Virus record (IMG/VR): IMGVR_UViG_3300003465_000004
Span: 7,170-71,169 of that record
DNA from: a virus
Lineage: Duplodnaviria > Caudoviricetes
DNA length: 64,000 bases
Strand: one strand, 5' to 3'
Shown here: in pieces, positions 17,351-29,500 of the stretch
Layout: each line of letters begins with the position of its first letter
How positions within the stretch are numbered: the first letter of the stretch is position 1
Notes under the pieces: model-generated
The model's database searches: none
Told to the model about the DNA's origin: nothing
Seen by the model: the letters and a program-made list of their open reading frames with translations, nothing else
Translations under genes and position numbers: made by a program

Positions 17351-18357
17351 TGCGCGACAGTGACGTAGAACGCACTCGTTTATCGGATACGGAACTTCCG
17401 GTAGATGCATCTAGGCGCGGCGCCGAACGAGTAGACGACGCTGGTACTTACGCAGGGTTTCAAACTGAAGACCCGTCCAAAATTATCGTGGCGCAACTTG
17501 GATTGCTTGAAGACGAAATTGTATATCGCTTGGCGATGTTGTGTATTAACGTGCTCCACCCCTTGAAGAATGCCTATCCGAACATTGTTGTCGTCGGAGG
17601 CTTTCGAAAACTAAATTCTGGAATCAGTCAACATGAATTGGGCGAAGCAGTTGACCTACAAATCCGGGACCAAACTCCGGAACTTCTGTTACAGGTGGCA
17701 GACTACATTCAAAAGAACCTGCTTTTCGACCAATTGGTACTAAACTTTTCCAATGTCGGAGATAAACAGCCGTGGATACACGTTTCATTTTCCCCCAATT
17801 CTCTGCGCGGACAAGTGCTGACTAAAGATTTAGCAGACGAATTTCATGAAGGACTCTTTCTTGTAGAGCCTCTACATGGTGAAGAAGCGGCGGAAGCCGA
17901 ACGGGCCGCTAATCAAACGACGCAAGAAATCGAAGCACTGTTGACTTCAGAACGAGAACGCGCAAAAAGACTCAATCCGACCACAGCTATTGGTGACGAA
18001 ATTGCGGACAGCGGCGGAGACGACGCAGAAGCGGGAGTGCCCGGAGAAGTGCCAGATGAAAGCGGCACGATAGTTTCTATGTGGAACGAGATTCGTCCAG
18101 CACCAAACGAAGAAAGCCTCGGTAAATTTACTGAGTCCGTAGCGATTGCACTGCACCAAAAAGACCCGAATTGGGGGCATGTGAAGAAATCCGGGGCGCA
18201 GCGCCAATATAACGGTCATGCGGTTGACGCCATTTACTATAAGGGAACCTTTACCGCTGTGGATATCATCATTGCAAGCAAGACCGACAATCCGCAGCCC
18301 GGCTGGGGCGTGAAGCCATCCGACCCAGACGATTCCCGTTGGTTGTCTCCCATCTAA
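17347..18357 (+). CDS. Peptidase M15-like baseplate-associated protein
   Basis: NVLHPLKNAY..GGFR..SQHELGEAVDL..QLVL..WIHVS; acidic linker and a second C-terminal domain. Confidence 0.72.
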   Translation: MMRDSDVERTRLSDTELPVDASRRGAERVDDAGTYAGFQTEDPSKIIVAQLGLLEDEIVYRLAMLCINVLHPLKNAYPNIVVVGGFRKLNSGISQHELGEAVDLQIRDQTPELLLQVADYIQKNLLFDQLVLNFSNVGDKQPWIHVSFSPNSLRGQVLTKDLADEFHEGLFLVEPLHGEEAAEAERAANQTTQEIEALLTSERERAKRLNPTTAIGDEIADSGGDDAEAGVPGEVPDESGTIVSMWNEIRPAPNEESLGKFTESVAIALHQKDPNWGHVKKSGAQRQYNGHAVDAIYYKGTFTAVDIIIASKTDNPQPGWGVKPSDPDDSRWLSPI

Positions 18358-18360
18358 ATA
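18354..18360 (+). promoter_or_regulatory. Late promoter CTAAATA
   Basis: Directly upstream of gp25. Confidence 0.65.
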
Positions 18361-18367
18361 GTCGCAT

Positions 18368-18778
18368 ATGGCAGAAATTAACGTCACCACAACTCGTAAT
18401 CGGCAATATAAAGACATTTCTCTGTCTTTTGGAAAGAACCCAGTTACGAATGACGTGATTGCTGTCTTCGGAGAAGAGGCGGTCAAACGGTCTATTCAAA
18501 ACATTCTCCGCACACATATGGGGGAAGTTCCGTTTTTTCCAGAATTCGGTTCACGTATCAATCAACTATTGTTTGAACCGATAGACCCCATGACAACTGC
18601 CCTGTTGCGAGACGAAATTCTTGCAACGATTGGTGGATACGAGCCGCGGTGCATCGTGCAGCGAATTGAACTCACGCCATCAGATGACGAGCAGAAATAT
18701 ACGGTACTGTTGACACTGCGACTTGTCAATCAGCTTGAACCCATTACACTTACTCTTTTTCTATCGCGTATCCGATAG
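18368..18778 (+). CDS. 25: Baseplate wedge gp25
   Basis: YKDISLSF..NPVTND..AVKRSIQNI..T..GE.PFFPEFGS....LLFEP. Confidence 0.95.
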   Translation: MAEINVTTTRNRQYKDISLSFGKNPVTNDVIAVFGEEAVKRSIQNILRTHMGEVPFFPEFGSRINQLLFEPIDPMTTALLRDEILATIGGYEPRCIVQRIELTPSDDEQKYTVLLTLRLVNQLEPITLTLFLSRIR

Positions 18779-18788
18779 ACCATAACAT

Positions 18789-20669
18789 ATGGCAGTTCCC
18801 ACTCAAATTCGCATCGTTGAAACAGATTACGACCAGATTCTACAGAATCTCGTTGAATTCATGAAAGCGGACCCGACGTTCGCGGACTATGACTTTGCGG
18901 GAAGCGGACTGCGTTTGCTTGCGCGAGTGTTGGCCTATGTGACGTTCTACAACAATTATTATCTCACGGCTGCTGTCAACGAATCGTTCCTTGATACGGC
19001 GCAGCTTCGTTCGTCTGTTGCATCACATACGCGAATGCTTGGATATGACATCAAAGGTACGCAGAGTGCGCGTCTTGTAACGAACGTGGCCGTATCATTG
19101 GCAAACACTCAACCCGCTACAACGACTCTTCCGAAACTTACGCAGTTCTCGTTATCTGCAAACGGAGCGTTCACGTTTTATACGCTATCGGACATTACGC
19201 TGACCCGCAATCTTACCACAAACCTCTACGAAGCAGCGAACGTAGAAATTGTTGAAGGGAAGCCACTAACATATCGGTTTACCGTTGATTTGTCAAATCC
19301 ATTACAAAAATTCGTCATTCCAAACGCGAATATTGACTACACCACAATTTCTGTGCGGGTTCAAGCATCAGCGGGCAGCAACAGCGCCACCAACTATAGC
19401 AAAGCCACAAACTATCTTACCATTGCGAACACCGACCCAGTCTTCTTCGTGCAGGAATCCTACAACGGGTTCCCTGAACTCAAGTTTGGGAATGGGGTAG
19501 TTGGAAAGGCATTAGAAAATGGCAATATCATCATTGCTGATTATCTCGTCAGTAGAGGCGAAGCAGCCAATAACCTGCGTGGCCCGTTCACTGTCGCGAG
19601 TGCTAACGTCGATAGTTTCCTTTCTGGAACTACAACCGTAGATGCGAACACTGCAAGCACGGGTGGCAGTGATTTTGAATCGCTAGACAACGCACGCTTT
19701 CTCGCTCCGCTGACATACCAAGCACAAAACCGCTGCGTTACGACGGAAGACTATAAAGCTGCAATCCTTGCGGAATATGGCTCACAAATCGCTGCAATTA
19801 ACGTCTTCGGTGGAGAACAGGGCAACCCCAACGACCCGCAGGAACGCCCGATTTACGGACGCGTGTTTATTGCACTGAAACCCAAAATCGGACTGCGGTT
19901 TACCGATATTACTCGCAAAGCTATTGAGACAAACGTTATCCGTCCGCGAAGCATTGTTGGTGTCATTCCAGAAGTCATCGACCCAGACTACATCTACATC
20001 GTTGTCTCCACTTCGGTACGTTACGATACGCGTGACACTACACGAACGTCATTGCAGCTTGAAACCGCGATTAAGAATAGTGTTTCGGAATTCGCACAAT
20101 CGTCCGTTGAAAAATTTGATACCGCGTTTCGGTTCTCTAAACTGGTTCGGGCCATCGACCGCACGGACGACGCTATCGTGTCCAGCATGACGCGACTAGA
20201 TTTGGAGAAACGCATTTATCCGGTGCTTGGTGCATCTAACCAATTCGTGTTGAAGTTTAATGCACCTGTGCGACAAAACGGCGGGTCGGTGATTTTGGAA
20301 AATACGTCCTATCGTTTTGACTACAAGGACGATTCTGGTACAACATACGCCAATTGCTTTTTCGTGGAAGAATCGGGTGCGGTTCACGTGAGCCGGCGCA
20401 GCGGCAATACGGTGTTTACGGTAAAGAGTAACATTGGAACCCTTAATCTGGATACAGGGCTACTCATCCTCACAAACTTCCAACCAGAAGCAATTGAAGG
20501 TGATGAAATATTCACTCGGATACGCATTACCCCGGCGGTGAACGACTTTGTTCCGCGTTTGAATCAGTTGTTCACATTAGATGCGGTAGACATCAATGTG
20601 CAGCTATTGAACGATGCAACCGCAACGCTTGCTGACCAAACGGCGTTCTTTACGAGCATTCTACCGTAA
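18789..20669 (+). CDS. 6: Baseplate wedge gp6
   Basis: DYDFAGSGL..L..LAY.T.YN.YY....NESFLDTAQLRSSV; QNRCVTTEDY. Confidence 0.95.
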   Translation: MAVPTQIRIVETDYDQILQNLVEFMKADPTFADYDFAGSGLRLLARVLAYVTFYNNYYLTAAVNESFLDTAQLRSSVASHTRMLGYDIKGTQSARLVTNVAVSLANTQPATTTLPKLTQFSLSANGAFTFYTLSDITLTRNLTTNLYEAANVEIVEGKPLTYRFTVDLSNPLQKFVIPNANIDYTTISVRVQASAGSNSATNYSKATNYLTIANTDPVFFVQESYNGFPELKFGNGVVGKALENGNIIIADYLVSRGEAANNLRGPFTVASANVDSFLSGTTTVDANTASTGGSDFESLDNARFLAPLTYQAQNRCVTTEDYKAAILAEYGSQIAAINVFGGEQGNPNDPQERPIYGRVFIALKPKIGLRFTDITRKAIETNVIRPRSIVGVIPEVIDPDYIYIVVSTSVRYDTRDTTRTSLQLETAIKNSVSEFAQSSVEKFDTAFRFSKLVRAIDRTDDAIVSSMTRLDLEKRIYPVLGASNQFVLKFNAPVRQNGGSVILENTSYRFDYKDDSGTTYANCFFVEESGAVHVSRRSGNTVFTVKSNIGTLNLDTGLLILTNFQPEAIEGDEIFTRIRITPAVNDFVPRLNQLFTLDAVDINVQLLNDATATLADQTAFFTSILP

Positions 20670-20707
20670 TACAAACTTTGAAAACAGCGGAATACTAAGT
20701 ATGTAGT

Positions 20708-21208
20708 ATGAAGCGACAAAACACGGTAGGACAAAGGTTTGGTAAGCTAACGGTTGTGGGAGAGGTGAAAGTTGGTCGGCGCATCAAGCGAGTATGCGAG
20801 TGTGAGTGTGGTGGGACGATAACGACCTACTTATGTAGTTTGAAGTCCGGTGCGACATCTAGTTGTGGTTGTTATCGTAGGGAAGTCGCGGCGAAGCTGA
20901 ACACTGGAAAGTGCGGGGCAGAAGCACCAAACTTTCGTGGTGGACGCAAACTAGACACCGACGGATACATTCGGTTGCTTGTTGGAAAGCGACAATACAA
21001 ACCCGAGCACGTCGTCATTATGGAACGACATTTGGGGAGAAAGTTGTTCCCCGACGAAACGGTACATCATAAGAACGGGATACGAGACGACAACCGTTTA
21101 GACAACTTGGAACTCCGCGCATCTAACCACGGAAAAGGACAGTCCGCAGTGGACTTGTTAGCGTGGGCGCGGGAAGTTATTCGTCGTTACGACGGAGTAG
21201 AGTTATAA
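20708..21208 (+). CDS. HNH homing endonuclease (family A, copy 2)
   Basis: GQRFGKL..CECECG..SSCGC..ETVHHKNGIRDDNRLDNLEL. Confidence 0.88.
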   Translation: MKRQNTVGQRFGKLTVVGEVKVGRRIKRVCECECGGTITTYLCSLKSGATSSCGCYRREVAAKLNTGKCGAEAPNFRGGRKLDTDGYIRLLVGKRQYKPEHVVIMERHLGRKLFPDETVHHKNGIRDDNRLDNLELRASNHGKGQSAVDLLAWAREVIRRYDGVEL

Positions 21209-23512
21209 ATGCGGCCATATACCGAAGGCGAAAGCTTTTACAACATCATCCAGACGGCGGTTCCCGACTTCGTTGAAGCCGACTATCCGATGTTCATCGC
21301 CTTCATTCAAGCGTATCTGCGTTTTCTTGAGCAGAAACGCGTTACCGCAAATACAGAAATCACCCCGGAATACGGCGCAAACGTCACCATAAAAACCACC
21401 ATCGCTGAAGGGGGTTCGCTCTACGAATCTCGCAAACTTCTGGAATATCGCGACGTAGACACGACATTAGATGAATTTGCCGAACATTTTCTGTCAATGT
21501 TCGCGAAACATTTCCCGCAATACACACATATCACGCCGGGAATGTTTATTCGCAGCTTGCGTCAATTCTATCAGTCAAAGGGAACTGTAGACAGCATCAC
21601 GTGGTTTTTCCGCGTGGTGTTTCAGCAAGAAGCAGAAGTATATTTCCCCCGCGAAGACATTCTCAGAGCAAGCGACGGGGAATGGAGTGCGCCTATCACT
21701 CTCAAGGTAGGAGCCCCCATCGATGGACACATCAACTCAGATGTAGCCACATATTATGTTGGTCAGCGTATTGAAACAGACACCGGTTCCGCACTCGTCG
21801 AAAGCGTCAGTACCTATACAAAGGGGGTCGCTCCCAACCAAGTGCTCGTCAATGAACTTTATTTGCGCTATGGCTCAATTCTAGGAACATTCTCCCCGCA
21901 ACAAGAAGTGCGTAACTTGGATTCTGCAATCCAAGTGCGTACCTTGATTCTCCCGGTCATATCCGGGGTAAACGTCACCACCGGAGGCAGCAATTATGCT
22001 GTTGGTGATGAAGTGACGTTTTCCGAAGGGCCGGCCGGCGGTGGTGGATACGGGGCAAACGGCGAGGTCAGTGCTGTCAGTAATACCGCAATCAATGGCG
22101 TCAACGTCATTTCTGGCGGAGACGGATACATTCAAGGACAATCCGTGCTCTTTTCAAGCACCACAGGGTCCGGGGCGACTGGGCGAATTGCGGAAGTCTA
22201 TACTGGCGATTTGTTGCTGGAAGACGGAAGCAAGTTACTTAGCGAAGACCAAAGTGCAGGCCGCACGCTATTGCTATTGGAAGACCTTAACACCATCGCA
22301 CTGAATCTGCTGATTACCCCGTTTGTCAATGCGACCGCTACTGTCACCATCAATACAGCAGATTATGGCGCGCAAACTGGCGTCGTTCAAATGAACAGCA
22401 CCAATATTGACAGCGCGATTGAAATCGCTCTGGCCGCAACTGACGTTAAGCCATTCATGCATCCGTGGGTGTTTACAGACGCGCTCGAAACGCAAGCAAC
22501 GCTGGTAAATGCCGCGGCGATGCTAGCCATGACGTGCGCGCACTATTTCTCCAACAACGCACAAGCGTATGCCATCGCCAACACGTTTGACGTTACAACC
22601 AACAGCACGACATCCAGCATCAAAGCCAATGCATGCGTGTCCGATAGTTCCGTTGGAAACATTAACAATCTGCTCTATCTGAAGGACTTTACTGGATTTA
22701 ATTTACTGCAAGTTGGAACCATTTTCAAACAAGAAGGAAATGGAGTGACGTTGGCCGGCACGGTTATTTGTGACGGAACGGCAAACGTTGTTGGTAACGG
22801 AACATCGTTTTCAACCTTGCGGGCAAATGCCCACGTCCGGTTTGCGGACGGCACAGAACGTGTCGTTCGGAGTATCGCAAATAACACGTGGTTGTCTGTC
22901 TACGGAAACACACCGGTTCTCGCGGCCAATACCCTGTCAGTTATCCCTGTCGGAACAGTCACGGAAATAACACCACAGTCGCAGCGATTCTACGGGAAAA
23001 TCAAGAGTGTTGAGCTTATCACGACCGGTTCCGGATACGCCACACCACCAGCAGTCGCCGCAGACAGTATTTCTGGACGTGCTCAGGAACTCTTTTACAT
23101 GGACCCATCGGATAACAATGCAATCAAATCCGCAGGGAGCCGGATTGATATTTACGAACCAGCTTCACTCGCGGCGGCTCAAGACGCAGGACAGGTGACT
23201 AAAGTTAAGATTTTGTCATCCGGGGTAAACTATATCGACGCAAACAACGTGCTTATCGTGGCGGTACATGGAGACGGACGCACCGGGGCCAACGCGACAT
23301 TTACTCCAATTTTGGGCAGTCTGACTCAGTATCCGGGGTCATTTACCTCCAACAATGGTTTCCTCAGTGCAGATAAGTACCTACAAGACAGCGAATACTA
23401 CAACGAGTATACGTATGTCATTCGCGCAGCAGAGTCGTTCGACCGTTACAAGGATATCTTGAAGAAACTCATCCATCCCGCAGGCTTCAAGATGCTCGGT
23501 GAAACGGTATAA
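21209..23512 (+). CDS. 7: Baseplate wedge initiator gp7-like
   Basis: PDFVEADYP.F..F..AY, FYQSKGT, YFP...ILRASDGEW, KYLQDSEYYNEYTYVI..YKDILKKLIHPAGFK. Confidence 0.85.
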   Translation: MRPYTEGESFYNIIQTAVPDFVEADYPMFIAFIQAYLRFLEQKRVTANTEITPEYGANVTIKTTIAEGGSLYESRKLLEYRDVDTTLDEFAEHFLSMFAKHFPQYTHITPGMFIRSLRQFYQSKGTVDSITWFFRVVFQQEAEVYFPREDILRASDGEWSAPITLKVGAPIDGHINSDVATYYVGQRIETDTGSALVESVSTYTKGVAPNQVLVNELYLRYGSILGTFSPQQEVRNLDSAIQVRTLILPVISGVNVTTGGSNYAVGDEVTFSEGPAGGGGYGANGEVSAVSNTAINGVNVISGGDGYIQGQSVLFSSTTGSGATGRIAEVYTGDLLLEDGSKLLSEDQSAGRTLLLLEDLNTIALNLLITPFVNATATVTINTADYGAQTGVVQMNSTNIDSAIEIALAATDVKPFMHPWVFTDALETQATLVNAAAMLAMTCAHYFSNNAQAYAIANTFDVTTNSTTSSIKANACVSDSSVGNINNLLYLKDFTGFNLLQVGTIFKQEGNGVTLAGTVICDGTANVVGNGTSFSTLRANAHVRFADGTERVVRSIANNTWLSVYGNTPVLAANTLSVIPVGTVTEITPQSQRFYGKIKSVELITTGSGYATPPAVAADSISGRAQELFYMDPSDNNAIKSAGSRIDIYEPASLAAAQDAGQVTKVKILSSGVNYIDANNVLIVAVHGDGRTGANATFTPILGSLTQYPGSFTSNNGFLSADKYLQDSEYYNEYTYVIRAAESFDRYKDILKKLIHPAGFKMLGETV

Positions 23513-23520
23513 ATCACGAC

Positions 23521-23528
23521 TATAAATA
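23521..23528 (+). promoter_or_regulatory. Late promoter TATAAATA
   Basis: Exact T4 late consensus upstream of the 2272-aa gene. Confidence 0.7.
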
Positions 23529-23578
23529 GAGTTTGGTTGGCAACCCAAGTCTAACTTCATAACGGACATCCTTTTCGC

Positions 23579-26500
23579 ATGGCACTTAGTAATTCAGCAA
23601 TCAATACGCTTCGCAGTGCTCCATATTATGACGATTATTTTAGCGCGTCAGAAACGGAACCAGGAAAGCTTCGCGGAGAAGAATTTGACTTTCATCGCAT
23701 TCTCTTCCGTCCGCGCTTTCCTGTTCAATCTCGCGAACTGACACAGATACAGACGCTTCTTCAGGCGCAGCTTGAAAGACTGGGCAAAGCATCCTTCAAG
23801 GACGGAGAAAACGTCCTTGGTGGACAACTCACGCTTGATACCACTGCAACCAGCGGACAGGTCACTCTCAGCACAAACCTTGTCGCGTTTTTTGCACGTG
23901 CGAACAATACCGGAAAATACGTCTTTGAAACCGGCGATGAAACAAAGAAGGCATACGTTCTCCAATACGTCTCTGCCGACGAAGGCGAAACGTCCAACAA
24001 TTACCTAGTTTTCAAGCATCAAACCGGAAGCACGTTTTTGCCCGGCGCCGTGGTACAGGACGCGACCGACGCGACAGTTACGGCAACATTCCAGAGCGGC
24101 ACGACCGCAGACATTTTTCACGATGCATCTGTTATCAGCATTGATGAAGGTATCTTTTTCATTTCTGGTTTCTTCGTTCGTGTGCGTCCACAGACCATTG
24201 TGCTCAGCGCGTTTAGCGCACTGCCGTCGTTCCGGGTTGGTCTGGAAATCAACGAAGAAGTTCTTGACGAACAAGACGACATCGTAGGTGCCTCCCTACT
24301 GGACCCCACGAACAACGCACCGGGTGCACACCGTTTCCGTATCAGCCTCGTGCTCGCAAAGCGTCCCATTGAAACAACCGGACAAGGCAATTTCATCGAA
24401 CTGGCACGCATCATCAACGGAGAAGTTCACTACATCAAGAAGACGCCGAAGTTTGTCCGGCTAGACGAACTGAATCAGATTCTTGCGCGGCGAACCTTTG
24501 ATGAAGCAGGCGATTACATCGTCAAGACGTTCACCCCGGTCATCGAAACGAATCCTAACGACGAATCAACGTTCATCTTGTCTCTTGGACCGGGAAAAGC
24601 CTACGTGCGCGGGTACGAAGTTGAAACGACCCAACCAACAAAGAAAGTTGTCCGCAAAGGACGTGCGACGAATTCTGCAAACAACCGCAGTATTCCCACC
24701 ACAGTTGGTAATTTCGTCTACGCAACTCGCGTAGCGGCTACGTCGCCAGTTAACTACTTCGCAAATACCGCAACGGTAGACATCCTTTGCGCAAACATCT
24801 CAAGCATCAACGTTGCGTCGTCCGCAGAATATAACAAAGCGAAAATCGGAACCGCGAAGGTCCGCATGTTGGAAACATTCAGTGTTCCGAGCAATCCGGC
24901 ACTCTTCGCGAACAACAGCGTCTATAAATTGTTCTTTTACGATACGCGGTTCGATGTTGTAACCGGAAACGTCAGCAGTGCTGCGGTCACCAACAACGCA
25001 ATCGAACTTACGCTCGCATCAGCAAACGGGGTTCCCGCAATTACGGGTGCACTGGTCGGCGCGACACTCGTTATCGGCGGCGCACAATCTCCGATTTCAG
25101 GAACATACACCGTCAACAACTATACCGCTTCGGGCACAAATGCGGTTGTGCAGTTGAAAGAATTCCTGCCAACACTTCCAAACGCCAACAGCACCTATCG
25201 TTTCCTTTTCCAGACAAAGGACGTAGATGCGTTTGCACTGTTTGATGGCGCCGTCGGAGCCACCCAAGTCCCATACAAAGCAAATCTTTCATTCCAAGCC
25301 GAAGTATCTGAGTATAGTAAGCTTGGTGGAAATCCTACTGGCGTAACGTTTGTTACGGCAACAAACGACAACGTATTGCTCTATCAAATTCCTGAGCAAT
25401 TCGTTAAAGCCAACAGCATTACCAGTAACAGTGCTATCTTTACATCATGGCTGAAGACAACATCGAACAGTGCTGCGATGTCCAACGTCGCAAACGTCGC
25501 GGTCTCGGTCACGCTATCCGGCAATAATTTCGCACTAACAACTGGTAACCTTTCAGCAACCACCGCACGACAGAACTTCGTCATCTTCGACCAGACAGCA
25601 GACGCAAACGGCCACGGACAAATTATTCAATTCGTGGATACTCCGCAGTCTGGCGTGCGGTGCGCAGCAAACGTATCGGTTAGCGCACTTGGACAGACCT
25701 ACACACTATCCTTCACGTATTACAACGGAAGTCAAATTACGTCCACCCGTTCGTTTGTAGCACTTGCGCGCACGACCGTGAACGGACTGGCTCCGCGTGA
25801 AAAAACTCTCGTGGTTGGAAATACCACAGCGGTGTTGTCCGGCACAACGGGAGCACTCAACGCAGGACAGATTGAATTCCACAGCCTCAACGTTTCTTCA
25901 GGATTCACGTATTCGCTGAAAACCGCGGACGTGCTCAGCATTCGCAAGATTCTCTACAAGGAAGCCAATACCTCATTCGCGAATACTGACTTGACCACCG
26001 CAACTGACGTAACGAGTTACTTCACACTGGATACGGGTCAGCGCGACAACAGTTACGAATACAGCACCATCACACCAAAAACAAATGCAAGCAGCGTTGT
26101 GCGTCCAACCGGCCGGCTGCTTGTCATTTTCGATTGGTTCCGCCACAGCGGCCGCGGATATGTTTCCGTAGATAGCTACCTCACAAACCAGAACGTCGCA
26201 AACGGACTCTCATACGACGAAATTCCAGACTACAAGTCCGCACGCTATGCGCGTACCGTCAATCTTCGCAGCGTTCTTGATTTCCGGCCGGTGCGTTCAA
26301 ACTACGACTTCACAAACGTATCGCTTGTTTACGCAGCGAACGACACGAACGCGAACAACACCTATCTCACGTCAGACGGAAACAGCTACCTTATTCCTGT
26401 ATCAGATGACGTGTGGATGGGTAGTTACCAGTATTATCTATCCCGTATTGACAAGATTGGCGTAGCGTTCGACGGCACCTTCAAAATCTTCGAAGGCCAA

Positions 26501-29500
26501 GATGCTGTGGTACCCGTTGCCCCGACAGACGATAGCGGCAGCTTGCTTCTGTTCCAGCTTTCAATTCCACCATATACGCTTGTAGATGATGCTGGTGTAC
26601 CTACCCAAGTTACACTCAAAACATTTGACCACAAGCGGTACACGATGCGCGACTTGTCAAAACTAGACGACCGCGTGTCGCAGTTGGAATATTACACAGC
26701 CCTGAACTCCCTTGAACAAATTACGTCAAAGCAAACAATTCTTGATGCGGACGATAACGAACGATTCAAGAATGGTATTCTCGTGGATTCGTTCATGGGA
26801 CATACGGTCGCAGACGTGAGTCGGCCAGACTTCACTGCATCCATTGACAGCATGCAGCACGAACTTCGAACCGCGTTCCGCACGTTCGTGATGCAGTTTT
26901 CGCCGGATAACAAATATTCAACCAGCTATAACGTGAAACTGATTGGTGATATGGCCATTCCGGTTTATGGAATCGACACATTCATCAGCCAACCACTGGC
27001 GACCCGCGCAATTTCCGTCAACCCATTTGACGTGGCGTCGTTCTACGGCACACTGAAAATGTCTCCGTCTGTTGATATTTGGAAGGACGTAACTCAGCGT
27101 CCGGCACAAGTTATTGATATCGGGGGAACGTCTGATTCGTGGATTGGTTCGCTTCCGTCGTTCACCAATTGGGGGGAATGGGAACAGACCTGGTCTGGTG
27201 TAACAGCGGTTCAACCACGAACGGAATATTTCGCGCCAGAAGGATGGACGCCAGAAGTCCATGACCCTCTTTCAATGCTCGAAAATTCGTGGAATGAAAT
27301 TGAAACCACGACAAATTATCAGCGGCAAGGCACACAATACGAATTTACGTCCACGAAAGTCAACCAGAGCATCGGAAACCAAATTCTTGATATTTCTGTC
27401 GTTCACCACATGCGCGGGCGAGATGTGGTGTTTGCGGCAGACGGCCTCAAGCCAAACGCCAACTTGTATCCCTTCTTCGACGGGACAAGCGTTCTGCCCT
27501 ATGTGCAGAAAGCGAATATTCTACAGCTTATCGACCAACCGTTAACTGCAACACCCTTCTATATCGGGCAGACACTCTACGTCCGCAAAGCAATATCTGG
27601 AACTGTCACAGTGAACAGTGGTAGTGCGGTTATCGCTGGAACGAACACCAAATTCAGTTTCGAATTGGTACCGGGACAACTTGTTCGCGTCACGCAAGGT
27701 GTCAACACCTTCGATGCTTCCATTTCTACAATTACATCAAACACGTCCGCAACGCTGACGACGAACTCTCCGCAGAACCTTGCGGCAGCAACGCTCTACA
27801 CGTTGACTCCGGTTACTGTCGCAGACGTGGCTCGCCGTATTACCGGAAACACCGTTCAATATACGGTCAAAGTTGTTCGCGCAATTCGTGACGCCGATAC
27901 AGACGACGTAGTTCCCTATGCAATTCTCCCGGGTAGCTTGCGTCCAGAAAAACACGTCAACGATGCAGCGAATACCACATATGGTGCTACGGTTCTAATC
28001 CCGCCGGGCCCGCGTGCTGGAAATACCACGCAAAGCATCAATGTCAGCAGCGCCATTATTACGTCTGGTGTGGTGCGTAGCTACGACGGTCCGAGCGCGG
28101 CATTGCGTCTTGACAACGACATGGGAGCACTCGCGAACGGTACGACGATTTACTTCGTCTCCGGCGCCGGCGCAGGAACGTCCGCAAACGTTGTCAGCTA
28201 TAACACGGCCACACAGACGGCAACCGTTGACACGTCTCAACTTGCCGTGAATGGAACCACCATCTACAGTATCGGACAACCGGTATCCGACGGATTTATC
28301 GCAAACAATAGTATTACCTCTGGACGTGCTGGCACCATCGCAGGATGTCTGCACCTTCCAAACGCCCAATTTGCTGTCGGAACGCGACTCTTCCGTGTGT
28401 CCGACTCTCCAACAAACAACGTTCAGACTGCCACCACCAGTGCCGAAGAAAGCTATACAGCTTCGGGTGTATCCTACACACAACAGGCCGTTAGTATCTC
28501 TTCGCGAGAGATTGGTCTACGCACACGCCAAGTAACAGATAATCGGTCAGAAACAACACAAACTACGGCCGGATTCAAGCAGCAGTATATTGACCCACTT
28601 GCTGAAACATTTCTTGTAGACGGAAAGCTTTATCCGCAGGGGATTTTCTTAACGTCAGTAGACGTGTGCTTCGCATCGAAACCGACAGACGATATTCCTG
28701 TTATTGTTGAACTTCGTCCAGTAGTTAACGGTTATCCAAGTTCGAACCAAATCCTTCCGGCCGTTTCAAGTGAAGGGTTAGCTACCGTTTCGCTCCGGCC
28801 GGATGAAGTGAACACGACAGCAACACCAGATTTGGACGACAGCACAAAACGCACTCGTTTTGAATTCCCGGCGCCAATCAATCTTCTGCCGGGAGAATAT
28901 GCAATTGTGGTGCGTTCGGATAGTAACCTTTACACTGTCTATACTGCTGAACTCGGTGCTACCGTTATCGGCAGCAACGCGAAAGTTGCAAAACAACCTT
29001 ACGCAGGAAGCTTCTTCAAATCACAGAACGCAAGCACATGGACAGAATCTCCGTTTGAAGATTTGATGTTCCGTTTGAACCGAGCAACATGGGCCGCAAG
29101 CCCCGCATCTCCGAATACCGCCGTGTTGGTCGCACGCGCTGTGCCGCCGGCAGCAAACGCAACGTTTGATAGCTTCGAATTCTATCCACATGAAGTGCAG
29201 TTCGCGGAGCAAACCGCAATCAGTTATGCACTTGACATGCTCCCGTTGAACGAAGCAACACAAGACGTGACGGGCAGCATCGCAGCCCGATATAACGTCA
29301 TCCCAAATGCATGGACTCCGCTAGTTGCACGAAGCATGGTACAGGGGGGAATCGTTCGTAACCCGTTCAGCGGAACCGGGTCACTTACGGCCGCGAACAC
29401 AGTAGATGCAATGATTACGTTTACGACAACATCCCCGGATGTTGCGCCTTACGTAGACTTGAAGAAGCTGAACATTCTCTGCGTTCGTCATCTCATCAAC

